Assembly (NCBI RefSeq): GCF_009914755.1
Contig: NC_060925.1
Strand: one strand, 5' to 3'
DNA: 64,000 bases
Origin: the human T2T-CHM13v2.0 reference genome, Homo sapiens
Shown here piece after piece: positions 41,511 through 54,347 of this stretch; the first letter of the stretch is position 1, and each line of letters starts with the position of its first letter. The position numbers were made by a program, and so were the translations under genes. The notes under the pieces were generated by a model that saw only the letters and a list, made by a program, of their open reading frames with translations, did no database searches and was not told where the DNA came from.

Positions 41511-43741
41511 CTCTGGGTCATTACTCCCTTTCTCCACCAATGAACACCTCTGGGGTCTCTCAAAAGACAAACTCCCACCTCTGAGCCCTGGAGCAGCTAC
41601 CAGCCTCCGTCTGTTCGATCACAAGGAAGAGAGGGAACCAAGCAGCCCTGGTACTGTGCAGTGACATCAATGCCCAGGATGCCCAAGACTAACTCCTCAA
41701 GGCTTGAGCAATGGACCCTACAGCCTTGTTAAATGATGAGCATGATGAGAAGGTGACGGAAGGGACACAACCTGCAGCCACATGGTTGGCAGGTGGTAAG
41801 ACAGAGGAAGGACTTGCAGTTCTAGAGTTTTGAGTCTGTCGTTCTTATAGTATTGAGTCAAACTGCTTTTCACATGATACTATTCACAAGATTTCATTTA
41901 AATTCAAACCAATCATCGCCTCTTGGCAACTTAGGGACAGGGTCTAATCTCTTGATCTTGAATCTCCTTGCTTTAAATTGAAAGAGCCTCTGAAACAGGA
42001 ACAATGCTTCCATAAAATACTTGATATGCAGGGAACACAACCAGGACTAAACTAACCTTTTGTTTTCTCTGATGCATTTGAAGATGTGAGATAGATAGAT
42101 ATAGGTCTGAGAAAATAAGCCTGTTTCTTATTTCTTTCCAGACCTTGAGGTAATAGTTTTAGTTTTTCTTTTTAAGTTTAACTCATTTGAACACAATGTC
42201 TTTCCTCAGTGGTCAGGAGCTGAAGAGTCCATCAGAAAGCAAGGTGGTCTCTAAGCCTCTTCATCACCCTTTTCTTTTCTTTTTACTTTTTGAGCAGAGT
42301 ATCAATTAGAGATTGATTATTAGATTAGCAGGAAACACTGCTTGGTTCCAATCTCCTCTGCTTCTACTGTGAACTCAACTCATATCAACAAGCTAATTAA
42401 AATGAATCACACCCTAAGAAATAACCAATCACCGATGCATAGGTCCACTCTCAGAAATTAAGTAGTAGCCACTTGGCACAACTGACCTGAGAGTGAGCAA
42501 GATTCAGAAGAGACCTTCAGAAGCAAATGGTGCTGAATGATGCATGGTAGGTGTAGACAAATGTGTAAGCCATGACAGGCTGTCAGCTGGCCAGCGCGCC
42601 TCCTGATGCCTTCTCTGTGAAGTCACAGCCTCTCCTCTCTCTGCAGAGCCTTTAAATGTGAGGGCCTGGAGGCCCTCTTCAGCCCTCTGCAATTTCCTGT
42701 TCGCTCTGCTCTTAAGAGTTTTCACCTGCTTTTCATGGCTTCAGTGAAGATCTCCACAGCACACTCACAAATCTTGCTTCCAGTCCTGAATCCCCTCCCA
42801 CAAATTTTAGTCCTGCATTTGCCAAATTTTTTGGATATCTATAGTCATCTCAAATTCAACATGTTCAGAGCCAAACTCATCATCATTTATTGATTTAAAT
42901 TTGTTCATTCATTCATTCGTTTATTAGCACTGGCCACAAATGAGGATAAGGACCTCCCTGACCTCAAGAAGCTCAGAGTCTGATCCTAAATTGGAGAGTC
43001 AGAATTTGTAGATCAAAAAGGATCAATGTGACTTAACTGCAATACCCTGTTTGTGTACAAGGCAACTGAAGCCAAGGAAGATCAAATGGCTTGTTTAAGC
43101 TTATATTGCTATTGGCAAAGCTAGCAGTTAAACTGAGGACTCCTGACTTGCTCCTTTCTATCAAAGACATCATAATTCTCCCAATATCTTCAGCACAGCT
43201 TTGGAGAAACACAAATGAAATTCCTCACAATGTCTCACCTCACCATCAACAGCCAGTTGATCAAAAAGCACTTTAGTGTCTTTCTTTTGAACATCTCGGA
43301 TTTCTGCCATTTCCTTCCTTTCTGACCACCCCTGGGCTGTTCCAGGTCAGCAGCACCCTCATGCATCACCCAACCTTGCCTGCAGAGATGGTCAGTCTCT
43401 CTGACCCTTCCTGCACTGGGCATTTCCACTATCTGACCTGCACCACCCATCTCACCCTCTGTCTGTGTCCACGTTCCACAGAACATGGACCCCAGTGGAT
43501 GCTCTGTGGAGGGGGAGTCTGTGGTCATAGGGAAATGCTGCTTGCACTCCATTGCTTGGAGAGTCACCTTCTCTTGAACCAGTATTTCTTAAGCTTATTT
43601 GACCACAGAACTCCCTCTTTGCAAGGAACGCACATGACCACCCCCTAGATCCAGTGTTTCTGCAAAAGCACGGTGGGAGATGGCAGCCTGCAGTCTAAAG
43701 CACAGTAGGTTGGTCAGGTAGCTCCTTCCCTAATGGTCTGT

Positions 43742-44277
43742 TTTTGTAATTTTCCCAATTGGAAACATTCTCCAACATTGCTTGAAGTCAAGTGTTCATG
43801 TAGGGAAAGGAGGTTGGAGATGCGTGTCGAGGCTGAAACTTCTGTCACGTCAGAGGACTATCCAGGGCTCAAGTGAGCAAAGGGATCTCCACATACAATG
43901 GGTTAGATCAAGATGAGGACCAAAAATGTAAATAGGTCAAGACCAGAGACATGGAAAGGTCAGGAAGGAATCATTGGTGCACGCAGCCAGGTGGCTGAGC
44001 TGGGCTGAGGCAGGGAAGAGCTGTCAGTCGTGGTAATCTTAGATGTACTGGTAAGGTCCACATGGTCCAAGTCTCTTCCCAGCTGCAGTGGAGATCGAGG
44101 CTGATGACTGCTCCTCCTGAGGATGGGTGGCCCTGGGACCACAACATGGCAGTCAGGAGGGGGCTGGGGGTAGGCCACTAGTGAGTCCTGCCCATTTCTA
44201 TTTCAGAAGCAGGAAGAACGGAATTGCCTCGGATATGTTTCTTTGCTTTTGTAATTTTCCCAATTGGAAACATTCTC
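43742..44277 (+). repeat. 31-bp perfect direct repeat bracketing the left arm of IR2
   Basis: ttttgtaattttcccaattggaaacattctc at 43742-43772 and 44247-44277. Confidence 0.95.
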
Positions 44278-45528
44278 TGTCTCCTTTTCCACTTAATTAA
44301 ATCTTACCCTTCCTCCAATCTTCAGTTCAGATCGCATTTCTTCTAAAAATCCTTTCCCAACTCACTCATCTGAGACTACTGTAGCATTTATTTACCTGAA
44401 TCAGAAAACCAAAATTTCAACAGTAAAAAGCACCCTTGGTTTGCATTTGTGCCAAGAAGTCTGTGAAATAGTAGAATTTTCCCATTAAATACCTTTAAAA
44501 GTAATGTATAAGGTAAGATTATAGTACTTTCACAAACGAGAACTGTATTTATATAAAACTTTCAGGAACTATAGTTTTTAAGTAAGGAGATTTAACATAA
44601 ATAAAGAATTCATTATAACTGATACTGAGTTCTGCTGTTTTGACCAGAATAACTTTGGGAAAACTAGGAAAGTTTCATGCTTTCATTTTCACTTTGCAAA
44701 AATTGTCAACCAGCTAATGAATACTATTATGAAAAGAAAGACTAAATAGCACAGGAGGAAAACAAAATCATGATAGATTCCATAAAGACCATTTATATTG
44801 GAAGTGAATATTTCTGCCTATTTCTGGCATCACCTCCCCCCCGACAATACAAATAAAATTAGTCTCATTTGCTTAAAAATTATCATTTTGGTACCATTTC
44901 TGTGTATTACTAAAACGTTTTTCTTCCTAAGGATAAAAAAAGGCTTCGTGACAAGAATGCTTAATTCAGTTCCCACTTGGAATTCAAAAACTATCATATT
45001 AGATGCCATATTTTAACATACATACATCTCCTTCATTGAACTGTGGGTTATGGAAGGAAACATAAGGAGAAGCTCATTGGAGGTAATTCCAGTGTTCCTA
45101 CTTCTGAAATAGAAATGGGCAGGACTTACCTATGGATTATCCCTGGCCTCCTCCTGACCACCATGTTGTGGTCCCAGGGCTGCCCAGGGGGAGCAGTCAT
45201 CAGCCTGGATGTCCAGTGCAGCTGGGAACAGTCTTGGACCGCATGAACCTTACCAGTATGTTTAAGATTAGCACAACTGATGGCTCTTCCCTGCCTCAGC
45301 CCAGCTCAGCCACCTGCTTGCATGCACCAATCAATAATCCCTTCTTGACCTTTTCCATATCTCTGGGCTTGACCTATTTTCACTTTTGGTCCTCATCTTG
45401 ATCTAACCCATTATATTTGGAGATCCCTTTGCTCACTTGAGCCCTAGATAGTCCTCTGACATAACAGAAGTCTCAGCCTTGGCACACATCTCCAACCTTC
45501 TTTCCCTACATGAACCCTTGACTTCAAG
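43781..45528. repeat. Inverted repeat IR2: arms 43781-44230 and 45080-45528, 849-bp spacer
   Basis: Hand alignment about 87% identity over about 450 bp. ORF-track peptides 43960..44178(-) and 45132..45401(+) mirror each other. Confidence 0.97.
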
Positions 45529-46094
45529 AAACTAGTCTACTCATAGAGCCTTGGGTGAACCATGCCATGCACATCGACAATTTCATTCTCCAAAAGGCCT
45601 GTCCTGTGAGACTCAGGCCCAGGTTCTTCTCTCAAGAAGCCTTCTCCAACTTCTTTGCCTATGAAAATCACCTCAGCCTCTGAACTAGAATACCTTACTG
45701 TCTTCTCCAGTGACTCACATAGCCGGTCCCAGAAAACTGTGTCCCAGAGGATGTCTCCAAGGGAAAAGCTCCCTCTTGGAGATTAACAACACACATTAGC
45801 ATATTAAAGACTTTCCAAAGTCTTATAACCAAGAAACCTTTCAAACAATATTGACTCTCACGTTTCTCAAACGTACTTAGCCATGGAGCTCCTTTTCCGT
45901 GTTATATCCTTTAACAACAATTTAGAAGTGCAGATGGAAGGAAAATGAGCCTGCATAAGTCAATGGCATTTCTCACAAGTGACCTTGTATTCTAAAGTGT
46001 CCTCGTGTCCATGTCTCTTCTGTATCTGATTTAAATGGCAACAATTCGGCAGCGCTAACAAGCTGCAGGCTTCCTCACCTCCTATTGCTGTTTT

Positions 46095-46226
46095 TTTTGT
46101 TTGTTTTTTGTTTTTTGTTTTTTGAGATAGAGTCTCCTTTGTCGCCCAGGCTGGAGTACAATGGTGCAATCTCGGCTCACTGCAAGCTCCGTCTCCTGGG
46201 TTCACGCCATTCTCCTGCCTCAGCCT
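46095..46226 (-). mobile_element. 5'-truncated AluY (right arm only) with TSD
   Basis: tgcaagctccg and ttcacgccattc. TSD tcctat(t/c)gctgtttt at 46080-46094 and 46227-46241. Confidence 0.9.
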
Positions 46227-46549
46227 TCCTATCGCTGTTTTGATCCTCATATCACTCTCTGCCTGGTGGGAGTGAGCTAATACACAGGAAGCCTGTAGCA
46301 CAGCACCTAGCATACAGTAAATAACAAAGCTGCTATTTCTTTGATTTGGGGGCAGTAGGGAGAAAGAGTGCTTAAGAGTTTAGTCTGTGGAATCAGACAG
46401 ACCCCATTCTAATTCTGGCACAGCTCTCACTAGAAAGACTACGAGGTCAAGGATCATGTCTGTTTTGTCCATCAATGTCTGGTACACGCACAGTGCCTGA
46501 TACAGGCCATGCAGTCAATGAGTATTCAATGAATGAATGAAAGACAAAG

Positions 46550-46734
46550 CAGGTCTCAACCCAGGTGATTTTGCCCAACAGAGCATATTTGGCGGTGTAC
46601 AGAGATAGTTTTGGCTGTCCCACTAGCATCTAGTGGGTAAAAGTAAGGATGTTTTGCATGAAACATCCTACAATGTATAGGACAAAGAATGACCCAGCCC
46701 CAAATGTCAACAGTGCCAGGGTTGAGAAGTCCTG
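46550..46734. mobile_element. MER20 DNA transposon fossil
   Basis: ggtgattttgccc...catctagtgggta...ccccaaatgtcaacagtgccagggttgagaa. Confidence 0.8.
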
Positions 46735-47149
46735 CTGTACAGTCAGGCCAAACAGGGATGGATTTCTAAACACTGACCCCAGCTGTTAGGCCTTGAGCAA
46801 ATCACAAAATTTCTGTCTTAATATCCTCATCTGTTGAATGGGATTCTAATGGGATCTTGTATTGTACACTTGTAAGCTAATACATATTCAAATGAGAAGA
46901 ACTGCATAATCCTTAGGAAGTGGTTAACACAGTGACTGATGCATGGAAATTGTGACCTATATATGTGTCCCATGACATTCTTACCATTACCTTCTATATA
47001 ATGTCTCACAGTGATGGTGAGTTTCTTCAGGTGGACTCTTCACTCTCTTGCAACTCACTGTCTCAATCCCCAAGTGAGCGCTCTTATCAAAGCAAGCCTG
47101 TGCTCCCACTTACATTTCCTGTATGGTCAGCTTTTATTTATATGCTCAC

Positions 47150-47333
47150 CAGGGGCTCCACAGTGAAAACGTTATTGAAGAACAGTTTGCTGTCTCCCTG
47201 CACCAGCCTCCTTTGATTCGCAAAGGTTCGGGACAGAACAGAAAGATGTTCTCGGAGTAAAGGATCAGTAATGCACTCTTCAAAAAACTCATCAGTCTCA
47301 TCCTTCTCCTCTTTGATCAGATCATCACAGGCC
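47150..47333 (-). CDS. HYDIN: HYDIN coding exon, about exon 9: ACDDLIKEEKDETDEFFEECITDPLLREHLSVLSRTFANQRRLVQGDSKLFFNNVFTVEPL
   Basis: Acceptor tttctttag|G, donor CTG|gtgagc, 184 nt, phase 2 to 0. ORF track 47138..47362 contains it. Confidence 0.95.
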
Positions 47334-50300
47334 CTAAAGAAAACAGGCAATGTGAGATTCATGTGGGTACTCCCATGAAGAACTTTGTAAAGGGCTTCCC
47401 TCTAGTACCTCCTCCTGGAAATGTCCTCAGCCACCACCCTGGGGTGGTCTCTCCTTGCCCTGAGTCTGTAACCTGCTGCCCTTGCACTCAGTCCTCAAAC
47501 CTCTCAGAGCCTCTGTTTGCTCATCTTCAACCACCTTCTTTAAGAGATCCTCCCTGGATTCCTTTCCTATTCAATACTCATTGCTTTACTCCTGAGCCCT
47601 TATGTATATCTGGACAAATATTTTCTTTCAGGTAATCCTGTTTTTTCCAGGCTGCTTTTTAAATATTTAACATCTATTCTGCCCCTCACATGGCAAGGAC
47701 AATTTTGTTCCTTTTAAATTTGCTTAGCTTTAATTCTTTCTTAGCTGTTAGTTACCTGGAGCATAGAACCTGGGGCCGGCAGGGACTAGGTTTGCATACT
47801 AATTCTGTGATCTGTTTACTAGCTCTGTGACTTTGGCAGTTCCCTGATTCCTCTAAGCCTCAGTGCCTTCTCCTTCTAGAGACCATAGGAGCTGCTCCAT
47901 CAGAAAGATGTGTTGAGGGTTAAATGTAATCAAGGCTCTAGTGCAGTTCCTGGGACAAAGCTGGCAACTCCATATATACCGGTTTTCTCCCTCTGTCAAC
48001 CATAGGCAATCGCCAAGCTGTCAGCTTACAAAATGCTCAAGCTATGCCTTAAGGCACCTCCTTTTCTCTCTTTTTCTAGCTTTTAATATCCATCGTGATA
48101 AGAGAGAACAGCAGCTTTCCCCAATCCACTCATTGCCCCCACCAGAGCTATGTTCACATTTCTCCTGAACTTTGCAGACTGAATTTTATCTCCTCCCAGG
48201 ACATACGACCATATTCCCATCATTGTACTGGTATTACCAGGGGTGAGAGACAAATTATTTAGCAACATAAGTGCTGAGTGGGAGCCTAGGATCACTGAAT
48301 TCCTGTCCCAGTTCCAACTCCTGTCAGTATTGTCAAATAACTCTTTTTAAATAACATATGTGTTCAGGGTGCTTTGATCACACACTGCAAAAAGAAGTCA
48401 AAGAAATGGGCTCGGTGTGTTCTGGTTCCAAGGAAGAAAGCATCTTGTGCTTGATTTTTATTGCCAGGTAGGAGGCAGTGTCCAAGGTGACTGGCAGCAT
48501 TCCTTCCACACTGCTGGGCACGGCAGGGCAAATTAAAGACAGCTCAGTTTGCAGAAAGAAAGGAATCCATTTCTTTTTTATTTGATATTTTTGTTATCTG
48601 ATACTGATCTGGAAAACTTACAGATTATATACCCTTAGAAACCAAAAAATTCCACTTGCAGGAATAAATCCTTAAAAACAATCATGGATATAAACAAAGA
48701 CACAGCTACAAAGATGTCCATTAAAGTGCTGGAATGATACCAGATCAAGTGGGTAAATTTGATGTAAGATAATGAAGCACTGGTTGAACAAAAATGGGAA
48801 TCATGAACATTACATTTATTGGGTACCTGTCAAACTTTGCACATGCATCATATAATTTAACACTCATAACTACCAGAAGGGTCATTAGCATTATAAGCAT
48901 CATTCCCACTATATAGATGATGAAACTGAGGCTTAGAAAGGTTAAGTAACTCGCCCCAGATCACATAGCTGAAAGATAGCCTGGACTTCAGGGTCTTTGG
49001 AGGTTTGAATCCCCTGGTGCTAACCAATATGCACACTGCCTCCCAGGAATCCAGGGAATATTAGGGAATAATAAGCAGCCAGTAAAGTGGTATTAAATGG
49101 AATATTTAACATCATTTTCAAATGCCTGAAATGTTTTAAGGTGAAAAACAAAGTGGTAAAATGTAACATATACAATAATCCCACTTTTGTAATAAAAAAG
49201 CAAAAGAAAAATACATACTTATTAGGGAAAAAATACAGACTTAGACATACCAAAATATTGACTGTGGTTTCCCTGGTTGGAAGGATTAGAATGGATTTTT
49301 GCCCTCATCTTTGTGCTTAATATTTTCTAAATTTTATTAGTGCACAATGTATTTCTTTTTAAACCAGAAAACAAGTCATTTAAGAAATTAAATGTTAATT
49401 AATTCTCAGGCTGAGGCACTAAGATTTTGACCTGGTTGCCTTTGCCTAACATGCCTGCATTGGCATGAGCCTGTGGATGCCACCCCTGGAAGAGTGCACA
49501 GGTGGAATGTGGGGTGACACAATGTGGTCTGGTCTGCAGAAGGTGGAGGCAATGGATTAGATATACACATAGCAACATGAATGGATCTTAAGCACACAAC
49601 CTCGTGAGAAAAAGGAGAAAATGGAATACAAAATATGACTTCTCTCTGTCTCTCCCCCAAGACAATATACATTTTGAAAGAACAGATTCATGTAAAAAGA
49701 TAGACACAGTAACATATTAGAATGGTATCTTTGGGGGAATTAACAGGAGTGGGGTGTGGGGATGTAAGAGAATAAATAAAATGCTTTGTGTGGACTGAGG
49801 ATGAAGATGATAGTGCTCCATGGACTGAGGAGTATGAGAAATGCAATCCCTGTACCAGAAAACAAAGAGAACAAAACAAATTCGAAAACGCTGGTCTTCT
49901 CCCATGCTGTTGAAACTCCAAATCGGTAACAGCCAGTAGAAGGCAAAGGGAGGAGAGAGGGTACTGGATTCTTCCTCTGATGGAGAATTGGAGCCAGGAC
50001 TGAGAGTCTAAGGAGGAGGTGTATAGCCACAACTTCATGTGGCCTGGCTCCAACAAGGGCTTCCATAGATCTCAGTCCTAGTGTTTTGCCATCTCGTCCT
50101 GTTGATAGTCATGGTTTCTTGCACTCAGAGGTGGTTCTCTTTTATAGATGAGGAGACCTTTCATCAGACAGCATAACAGCAGGCCAGCCCTCTCTTCAGT
50201 AAAACCATGGGCTTAACCCATTTTACAAATGGTCTAGTAGCTACCAACACCTTTAACAGTCAATGGGGAAGATGTGTGTCTCCAGTGCAGCAGGGTTGAA

Positions 50301-53300
50301 TGAGTAATAGTCCCTCATCTTCAAGTACTCAAGGCCTGTAATCTGCTCCCTTCAGCACCCACAAGAGGTGCCAACTGAATGCTGAGGAGATTAAAAACTA
50401 AGAGCCATGGTCTTGAGAGCTAGAGGAAATACTCCCATGTCCACACTTGGCCTGGAACAAATGGAGCCATCCACCTTCAAATGGAAAATGGATCATGTGA
50501 CTCTAAAGAGTTAGCAACTCTGTGATCAATGTTACAAATGAAGAACTAGAGATCCTCTCCCTGTTTGGCAGTACCACGTAAATCTTCGGATTTTTGTATA
50601 AACCCTAGGGAAGGAAAGGGGCCTCTAAACATAACTCAGATTAAGTTTATTATGACACAGGTGGTAGGCTCAAAGCCCAATTAAAACTGATTTATCTAAG
50701 GAAACATGTCATTTCCTCCATCTGCATATTATAGAATAAATCCATGCTGACCACTCTGAGGGGCTCCTTTGAGAATTGTAGGAGCTCTCGTACAGAGCAA
50801 ATCTAGAATTAGAGCTGGCTGCTATTGAGAAAACGGCTGTGACCTTGCTGGAGAAATGGGGAGCAAAAATCCTTAAAGCCCATGCCAAGTCTCTGAATAC
50901 AGTGAACGTGATAAGAATGAGCATGAAAGAATCTTGCAGAATGTTTTAAAATCCCTCAGGACAAGGTTGAGGAAGCAAGGAGGGATGAATGCAGCCTCCA
51001 TTTCTGAAGAGATTAATTTCTCTGCAAGTCTCAGGAAAACATCAAAAGAAAGAAATAAAGGTGACCTTTTAAAGGTCCCTATACATCTGATTATCAAGTT
51101 AAAAAAAAAAAATTTAAAGTACAGAACTTCTTCCCACGGGGAGGAATGTCATTGCCCAAGTGTGTAGCATGGGAACAACCCTCTGTCCCCAAACCTGGAC
51201 ATGTGTCCTAAGGTTTTTAGCAATACTTTGAGGTAGGTGTGGAGGAAGGCCAAACAGTAAACTGCTGGAAACGAATTGGTATTCCTGGGGCTGAAATTCC
51301 TCCACTGCAAGAAGAGATATCCAAGTCTTTGCTCATCAAGATACAAGAGGACAAGAAACCTTGATGGCTAGAATGGGACTTGAGTGTATCTGTTGAAGCT
51401 ATTAGCATTATTGAAGCGATCTTAGAGCAACTTTCAGCCCCTGGAGATGAATGCCACAGGACATGCTTTAAGCCATGTTAAAATGCTAGAAAAACAGTGG
51501 ACAGGCTCTTCAGTCTGACCTGAAAGTTTACCAGAAGTTAAATCTTTTAACTATAGAGGTTGCTGAAGGAGGGGGAACAAAGGAAGAAGGTGCACCCCAT
51601 TATGAGCAAAAGAGTGAGACATCAAGAGAATAACGCCTGATTCAGCTCTGCAGGCCTTGCTGGGGTGCTCAAAAAAGGATTCACCCCATTCGCTAAAGAT
51701 CTCGCTGCTGCTTTTCAGGGATGGGCGGGTCTCTGCCCATAAGCAAGCTACCAAAGAACATTCTGCTTTCTTGACCCCTGATGTGTGGCCTCGGACACGA
51801 TCTGAGAATTTGTGACATGGAGGAGGAGGGGCCTACACTCACAGCAAGAGCACCACTGCCCTGTCCAGAAAGCAGGAGTTAAATGTTTAGTAAAGGGCAA
51901 ACTTGTCTGTACTTGCCTTCCTTTCCAAGAGGTTGGGCATTTCATGACAGTTACTTCAAGGACAAGAATTCACAGCTTATAATAGGAAAGTTGTTTGCTT
52001 TCTTATTATTATGCTTGGGCTGTATCGAGGAACAATGGAGAGAAGAGCAAGAAGTGCCACCCTGGTGCAACAAGAGATCAGCATGACTGGTATCCTTTTT
52101 CCCTCTTGGCCAAGCTCCTGGCACTCAGGAGAGAGGTGGGAGGAAGAGAAGGGACAGCACGTCGTAGACTCTTTACCGAGATAAAACAATATAGTTTGGA
52201 GAAACAGGGGTTCTGGGCCTGTATGTCACACAGAGTGAAAGTGGTAGTATTCTTATTTATCTGAAGCCACTTTTCAAGTCTATTAGTTAAAAGAGGGTCA
52301 TGATTCTAGATGATAAAATCAGGTTTCCAATCATGGTTATAAAAATGCTATCCTATATTTTTCCCCTTGTTACAAAGAAGTTGCCAGAAGAAATAATAGA
52401 AAGAGCAAGGGAGATAGTAAAAGAAAATGATGCAAGAGAAAAGGAAGAATAAAAGACAATATTAAAGAGATAGGGGTGTGAGTGTCAGGGGAGGTGAAGT
52501 GGGGAAAAAACTAAAATCAATGCCCATCCACTGTGGCTGAATTATATTCTCTATAGTTTAGCATCTCTGATAACCATTGGTTTAAATTTTTTTAGAGTTT
52601 AACTGCTGAAATTAACGTCCTTACATAGTTTTTGGTATTGGCATGGCATCAATCACATATTATCCATATAGCCAAACACACAGACATGGCTGAAATTAAA
52701 GCTGGCTTTCCCTCTTACAATGGGTACTCACTCTCCACAAAGGGTTATGCCCACAGGACAAGAATGATACTGAAACACTACTTTGCTATTTTACTTTCTT
52801 TACTTGGATCTCCTTTCCAACTTTCCCTTCAAGCATGTTGGGCCATTTTGATCGCTGGTGAGCACATGTGATTGGGGGAACCAGGGCAAAGGAAGCAGTA
52901 CTGGATCCTTTTCCTTGTGCCTTTTAAAACCACAGATATTTCTATGCCATAAAGCCAGAGGAAGATTTTAGGCATAAGTGGTTTTTCTTTCCTCATTTTT
53001 TAAAAGATGGCACAGTGGCAATTCAGTGATTAAAGCTCATTGTCTGAATGACAAAGCTTCTGGCCCACTGTGTCCTGTCATTGTCGTGGCTTCTGATTCA
53101 ATTAGGGACTGCACACTGGGGGGGTTCTTCCTGGTTTCCACGGACCTAAGACTTTTATTTTTATCACATACGAACTTGGTTTTAAACAAAGCTTTGAAGC
53201 TTCTCAGGGCTAATCTTTAATGAAAATGGAAAGGCAAATAAAAAAGGCTGAAATAAATTCCAATGAAAGCAGCAAAAGTGTTAATTCAGGGAGGTTGGAA

Positions 53301-53677
53301 GGAGATAAAAATGAAAATGGAGCTTAAAAGAGGCAAGCATGGATTCAGTAAAAAGAAATCTTCAAAATTTAACAGTGATGAGATTAGCTACAACAGTTTG
53401 GTTTTACATTTTATTAATTTTCTCCACTGCCTGAAGTGCCATTTTTAAAACCATAATATTAAAGATACCAATAAGAAATCATTATTAACTTATATAGCTT
53501 GCAGGGACTGGAGCAATGCTACTAAAACCAAGAATATAAAAGCCATTATATCTAAGCCCTTCTTTTTCCTCAATCTTCATATTTTCTACAAGTATCTTTT
53601 CACTGAAAAAAATTCCACATTGATGCCAATCCAAAATAGATTATTTTTAGGAACTCTTTATAAAAGCTGATCAACCT

Positions 53678-53997
<320 letters not shown>

Positions 53998-54347
53998 CCT
54001 GATCAACCTAGTTAGGGTTATGAAAAGTAATAGAGACAGGTAGACTTGTTTTGAAAGAATAGTGAAGAATGATAGGTTTTGTCTTCAAAATCTAGGCATT
54101 CCATTACTGCTAAACTATAACCAGGTTACATCAACTCAGGATGGACATTCTGTTCCACATAGCTCAGCTCAGATCGTTCAAATGAGCAGCTTCAAAAGAG
54201 GATCTTACACCAGAACCAAGTTAGAAAAATGTGACATTGGTTGAGTTGGCTAAAAATGTAGTACAAAATTCACTGATTTTTCATAATAACTGAGTTTTAC
54301 ATTCCCCCCCTCCAAATTACTGCATATAGGTGATTTTTGTTACAGAC

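Noticed and set aside
43960-45401. Two similar peptides on opposite strands suggesting a small gene pair
   Set aside because: Explained by the IR2 DNA duplication; the reading frames diverge between the copies.
43781-45528. G.U strand polarity in IR2 like that in IR1
   Set aside because: Hand count shows transitions split roughly evenly between strands, so IR2 gives no such support for a plus-strand RNA duplex.
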